From NCBI GenBank assembly GCA_964016885.1, contig OZ024741.1, positions 74,772,001 through 74,836,000 on the forward strand: 64,000 bases of DNA, read 5' to 3'. Origin of the DNA: Eledone cirrhosa. Its lineage: Eukaryota. A program made the translations under genes and the position numbers. Numbering within the stretch: the stretch's first letter is position 1; the number at the start of each line of letters is the position of its first letter. This document shows positions 58,546 through 64,000 of this stretch, piece after piece. The notes under the pieces are model-generated. The model ran no database searches, was not told the DNA's origin, and worked only from the letters and a program-made list of their open reading frames with translations.

Positions 58546-60815
58546 TATTAACGGTAAGGAAGTCCGAAATCTCACCACACCAAACGAGAGGGATAACTTT
58601 ATGAGCGTCATCCGACGTGAAACGAAATACGCCCGAAACGAATGCAATAGGCACTTCAATAAGAAATTAGAATGGATGAATAAGAAAAAACTACAAGAAA
58701 GGAAAATAGAATATTCTCAAAAATACCCAGATAACATCAACAATATCCGTATGACTGATGTAAAACTACCGGAAGAATTTACCAATGACCACACAGTAAA
58801 TATTTATGGGAACACTTTAATCAGTGAACAAGAACAACAAATCCTGCGGCTACCCCCAAAATTTGCCATCTACAAAAAGATTAACCCTATAGAGTGCAAA
58901 ACGGAGCTGGAAAAGTGTTTCACAAAAATACGTTGGAATGCAAAGGTAAACAACAACAACAACAACAACAATAATAACGGTAGTAGTAATATAAACCATA
59001 ACTCTGAGTATAGAAATAACAGCCATAACAATAACAATAGCAGGAAAGTGAGAAATAGTAATAATGGTAATAATACTAACGATAGACAGAACAACAACAA
59101 CCACAATAATAATAATAATAATGGAAACATTAACCACAGACACAGCAGCAGCGACCACAGTAGTAATAACGGTAACAATACGAACAACAACAACAATAAC
59201 CACAGTGGTAATAATGGAAATAGTACATGTAGCAACATCAATGATAGACACAACAAAAACAAGAAACATAATAAAAGTAACAACCACAATGGTAGAAATA
59301 ACAGTAACAACAACAATAACGGTAAAGTAAACAACAATACATCTAGCAATCATAACAATAATAATAATGCTAATGATAGAAACAACAACAACCACCATGA
59401 TAACAATAATAGCAACACACACAACTATGACGATAGATATAATGACAACCCCTTAGAGAAAATATTTTTCAACCCAGCTGACAAAACATTTAAGATGGGT
59501 AATATCTATCCTACGAGGTTACCCTTTAATAAAAGAGTTTGCATACCACAACAAATAGATGACGAGACAGAGGCACAGTTCACCATAGCTAGAAATAAGA
59601 TTAGACAAATAGTAGAAAGGTATACTAAGAGACAGAGCAGACCAGAGGCCCAACAACTTGGGAGGTACCTGTAGAAGGCTTGGTTAGCCTCAAGCAGCGC
59701 ACAAGGGATGGTGAGGTAGTATGTCTACCCACGGATAAGTCTGGTAGGATGTCAATAGATAGCATGCCGAACTACATCAAGGCTATGCAACCCCACATCA
59801 CCAACACAAGCGAAATTGCACAACAAACACGATGGGAGAAAGAGAAAATCCTCAACGCTCACATGATGATGTGGACTGACATCCTAAAGCCAAGCAGACG
59901 CACTGCCAACAACTTCCAGGCGTCTAACAATGGCATACCACCCTTGTATGGGCTCCGCAAAGACCACAAGACAGTCGACGACCCGACAACAGGACCACCA
60001 ACAAGACCCGTATGCGGAGCTAATATAGCTAGTAACTACAGGATCTCCTACTTCCTCTCAATGGTTATACGCCCCATAATCAAGATGTCCCCAGATGTAT
60101 GTGACAGTACAGAGGACCTCCTCAGCAGAATCAGTGAGTGCAACAAAAACAGGAACCTATCCAACTGCATAATAGGCAGCATGGATGTGGTGTCACTGTA
60201 CCCATCCATTAACATTGATTTTGCTGTGAAAAGATGTGTGGAGATGATCATTGAGAGTGAGGTGGAGTTCTGCGACGTCGACACAGACGAACTGGGCCTC
60301 CTACTTAGACTTACCTACGACACTGACTACCTAGACAGCCATGACCTTAGACGTTTCTGCCCTAGTAGACCTATAAGAGGTAGACGCCCCACCATAACCT
60401 CAATGGCAAAAAAGATTCCCATGGGAAGGTGGATTGGGTGGACCAAAGCTATACGGACCCCCCAAAACAATGATCAGGTAAGAAAAATGGTCGCACATGC
60501 AATAGGGGCTAGTATCAAAACTACCCTAAAGAGCCACATATTTAAGTTCAACGAGAAGATCTACACCCAAAATGAGGGAGCAGCCATTGGCGTCAGCATA
60601 GCTGGTGATGTTGCCAACCTTTTCATGGTATGGTGGGAAAGGAGACTTAAAGATCTCCTTAATGAGAGCTCCATAGACCTCATCATGTACTCTCGTTATG
60701 TAGACGATATCAATATAGTTATAAGAACACCCCCACTAGAAAGCACTAGCAAGTTTGATTTAGAACGTAGCACGATGGAAAGCATCCAGCAGATAGCTAA
60801 TTCCATACACCACAT
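58546..60815 (+). mobile_element. Penelope-like element ORF (N-terminal region with Asn-rich tract, RT domain), frameshifted at ~59660, truncated before any endonuclease
   Basis: LRLPPKFA, PTDKSGR, PPLYGLRKDHK, RPVCGA, SMDVVSLYPSI, FKFNEKIYTQNEGAAIG..IAGDVANLFM, RYVDDI. Confidence 0.9.
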
Positions 60816-61306
60816 CGCTAAATATAAATTTAAATTTAAAATGTAGTATATTTAGTTTGATTTATAATTATTTGGGAAACTAGCCGATAAATCTTTCGAT
60901 TTCTTCTTTTTATTCTTCTTTTTATTTTTATTTTTATTTTTATTTAAACATACTTCATGAAAAATTAAACTACCCTAAAAGTTGATGCTCCAAATATTTC
61001 GAATAAACGTTACACTAGATAAACTTCTATATTAAATATAAGAACACATGTAGACCAAATGGGCATCCTAAACTTTTTGAAATGATTTTTTCTAGACGCG
61101 ATTTGATAAATAATTTTTAGTTTTATCTGTTTTCGACTCTGATGCTTATAATGAACTTGGCAATATATTGTCAATTAATTTTGAAGGGTTGATCTTTGTG
61201 GTTTATTTTTATTATTGTAGTATTTTCTAATATTTTTATTTTTAATATGTAATATTTTTAATATGTAATATTTTTTCGTAATATTTTTTAGTTTTCTATT
61301 TTATTA

Positions 61307-61357
<51 letters not shown>

Positions 61358-62369
61358 TTTTGGTTTTTGTTTCTGATATTTTTTATTAATATATTGAAAT
61401 CTGTTCTCTATTTCTGCTTGATAGATAATCATGTGGAGTAAAGACAAGAATAGTAGTAATATAGACTCTATATATATGTGTATATATATACACATATATG
61501 TATACTTAAATTTTTATAGCACAATGAGAATGTTCTCCGTTGAAATTGGGGTTTGCAGAGTTGATCACGTAAATTCACATCGATGTTTGTAGTTATCATA
61601 TAAACATATGAATTTTTAAAACTAAACATAAGATCATTACTTTTCACACATTATGGATACGTGTCTCATTCAGGAATACTGATATTTACATTATAGTGCC
61701 TGGTTTTTATACATACTAATACTTCTACATTAAAACATAGGGTTTTTATGCCTCGCCTATGTCTGGTTACTTTTCATTTTTCTCTCTATATAACAGCTGG
61801 TTTCTCTCCTAACCACATATATCTCCCTTACATTAATACTAGAGCTAAATAAATAAATAAATAAATAAATGTATCATTCATACGTTTATTCAACGGATGT
61901 CCAACTACCTACTTTTCTCTATATATATCTATCTCTATCTATTTCCTCTCTCTATATATATCTCTCTCTGTTTCTTTACATGAAGTTCTTCTCTTTATCT
62001 ATCTTTCCATCTCTCTATTTTGTTCCATGCATTTCTTCTTTTTCTTCGTTTATTTTCTTTCTTTCCTTTTTTCTCTCTTTCTTTCTTTCTGTTTACAATT
62101 TTTTCACTGCCAAATCAACTTTTCAAATACAAGTCGATGTTGAACGGTATGTCAAATCTATTTATCTATATTGTATTTTATCTGAGGAAGGCATAGCATA
62201 TTGTTGATATGATATCCCTGAAATATATATAATGAAATAAATATGGTTTTATAAATATAGTTTCCATGTATTTAATATCGTAAATATACTCCAAATACTT
62301 GTCGAGTGCTTTTATATCAGTTATAAATATTTACTAGTTGTAACCCAACAATTTAAATATAACTTTCCA

Positions 62370-62760
62370 TATATATAAATATATATATCAATATAAATAT
62401 ATCAATATAAATATATATAAATATATATATCAATATAAATATATCAATATAAATATATATAAATATATATATCAATATAAATATATCAATATAAATATAT
62501 ATAAATATATATATCAATATAAATATATCAATATAAATATATATAAATATATATATCAATATAAATATATCAATATAAATATATATATCAATATATATAT
62601 CAATATAAATATATCAATATAAATATATATATCAATATATATATCAATATAAATATATCAATATATATAAATATATAAATATATATAAATATATAAATAT
62701 ATATAAATATATATATATATATAAATATATATAAATATATAAATATATATAAATATATAA

Positions 62761-62791
<31 letters not shown>

Positions 62792-62932
62792 AATATATAT
62801 ATATAAATATATATATATAAATATATATATATAAATATAAATATATATATATAAATATATATATATAAATATATATATATAAATATATATATATAAATAT
62901 ATATATATATAAATATATATATATAAATAAAT

Positions 62933-62967
<35 letters not shown>

Positions 62968-63007
62968 AATATATATATATAAATATATATATATAAATAT
63001 ATATATA

Positions 63008-63043
<36 letters not shown>

Positions 63044-63148
63044 AATATATATATATAAATATATATATAAATATATATATATAAATATATATATATATAA
63101 ATATATATATATAAATATATATAAATATATATATATATAAATATATAT
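62370..63148. repeat. 45-bp-period AT minisatellite grading into (ATATAA/TA)n
   Basis: atatatatcaatataaatatatcaatataaat... repeats; the ORF track shows a 15-aa period. Confidence 0.9.
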
Positions 63149-63469
63149 GCGCGTGTGTGTGAATGTGCGTATATATATGTGTGTATATATGAATCTATGT
63201 ATGTTTATATGCGTATGTGTATTTTATCTGTAGATTATAAACATACAGAGACATTAGCCCTGAATTTTTTGTATTTACATACATTTTTTCGACATGCGTA
63301 TGCATGTGAACATATATTTTTATGCATATCTGTGAACGAAGTTACTTACATATATACACACACCTAACTGTATTTTATTGATATATTTTGTGTATTTCAT
63401 TGGTCAATTTGAACTCTGTTCCCAAACAGACCTGTAATTTTGAATTGTTGTTATTATCAATAAATATAT

Positions 63470-63622
63470 TTCATTATTTCTGAAGATGGCATATGTATGT
63501 GTTGGTATGTATATTATATTTGATAATTTGTATAATTTTGTATAATTTTGTACATAGATCTGTTGAATATGCATACCAATTCTAACACATATATGTCCTA
63601 GAAACGATCGTTAAATAATGAA
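63470..63622 (+). ncRNA. Type I hammerhead-like ribozyme with long stem II
   Basis: ttcattattt-CTGAAGA-tggcatatgtatgtgttgg...taacacatatatgtccta-GAAA-cgatcg-TT-aaataatgaa; 10-bp stem I; GUU triplet. Confidence 0.65.
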
Positions 63623-63819
63623 CTTTTTTTGTTTAATATAAGGAACTGTTTCATTGTTTTATTCATTATTTTTTTAACATTTTATCTTGACTCTGTATTC
63701 CGTTTATCTTTCACCGAAAGTGATTTTTGAATGCATCTCTTCTTTCCATGATATCCGGATTATATTGAGCTCTTCATACGGATTGGACACTACCGTAAAC
63801 TCTTGGTAGATTTATCTAC

Positions 63820-63851
<32 letters not shown>

Positions 63852-63852
<1 letters not shown>

Positions 63853-64000
63853 TGGGGAGGGTCATATTTGCGTAATATTGCCAGAATTAATAACAGAACA
63901 CACTCACTGTTTGGTTGGTTTTCGCTTCTCGCTGTCTTTTATATATATATATCTGCGATCTGGCTTACTCGGTCCTCAATGTTGCCATTGACTGACCGGC
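63852..64000 (+). repeat. Direct copy of 55427-55580 (runs off the window)
   Basis: High similarity by eye. Confidence 0.85.

Noticed and set aside
58850-59422. Hydrophobic antisense ORFs
   Set aside because: Shadows of the AAC/AAT tract in the Penelope ORF.
59660-59680. Programmed readthrough or selenocysteine in the PLE ORF
   Set aside because: The stop is TAG and the downstream ORF is in a different frame; simple decay is more likely.

Overview
AT-rich, repeat-dominated animal genomic DNA, most consistent with a coleoid cephalopod (octopus-like). That assignment is inferred from the SINE types, RTE tails and (TA)n abundance, not proven. No complete host gene is visible; there is one plausible start-codon exon on the minus strand (~11.3-11.5 kb) and a candidate promoter near 18.2 kb. 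The window holds mostly decayed transposons: RTE LINEs, HERO- and CRE-type RLE LINE ends, an L1/Tx1 end, CR1-type ends, a mariner transposase, a Gypsy remnant, a Helentron-like element, tRNA-derived SINEs and Penelope-like elements (PLEs). About 13 kb (36.1-49.4 kb) is a (TA)n/(TATG)/(CATA) microsatellite landscape. The stand-out feature is a near-homogeneous tandem array of ~9.8 x 485 bp (49421-54158). Each monomer carries a canonical type I hammerhead ribozyme with a palindromic stem III and an extended stem II, so it is a candidate retrozyme / self-cleaving satellite. Further canonical hammerheads lie at 28.4, 42.7, 45.9 and 63.5 kb. Several fold-back palindromes turn next to hammerhead-like motifs, and two RTE insertions are capped at the 5' end by an inverted copy of their own family's 3' end. 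All calls were made by eye; no alignment, folding or database search was run.
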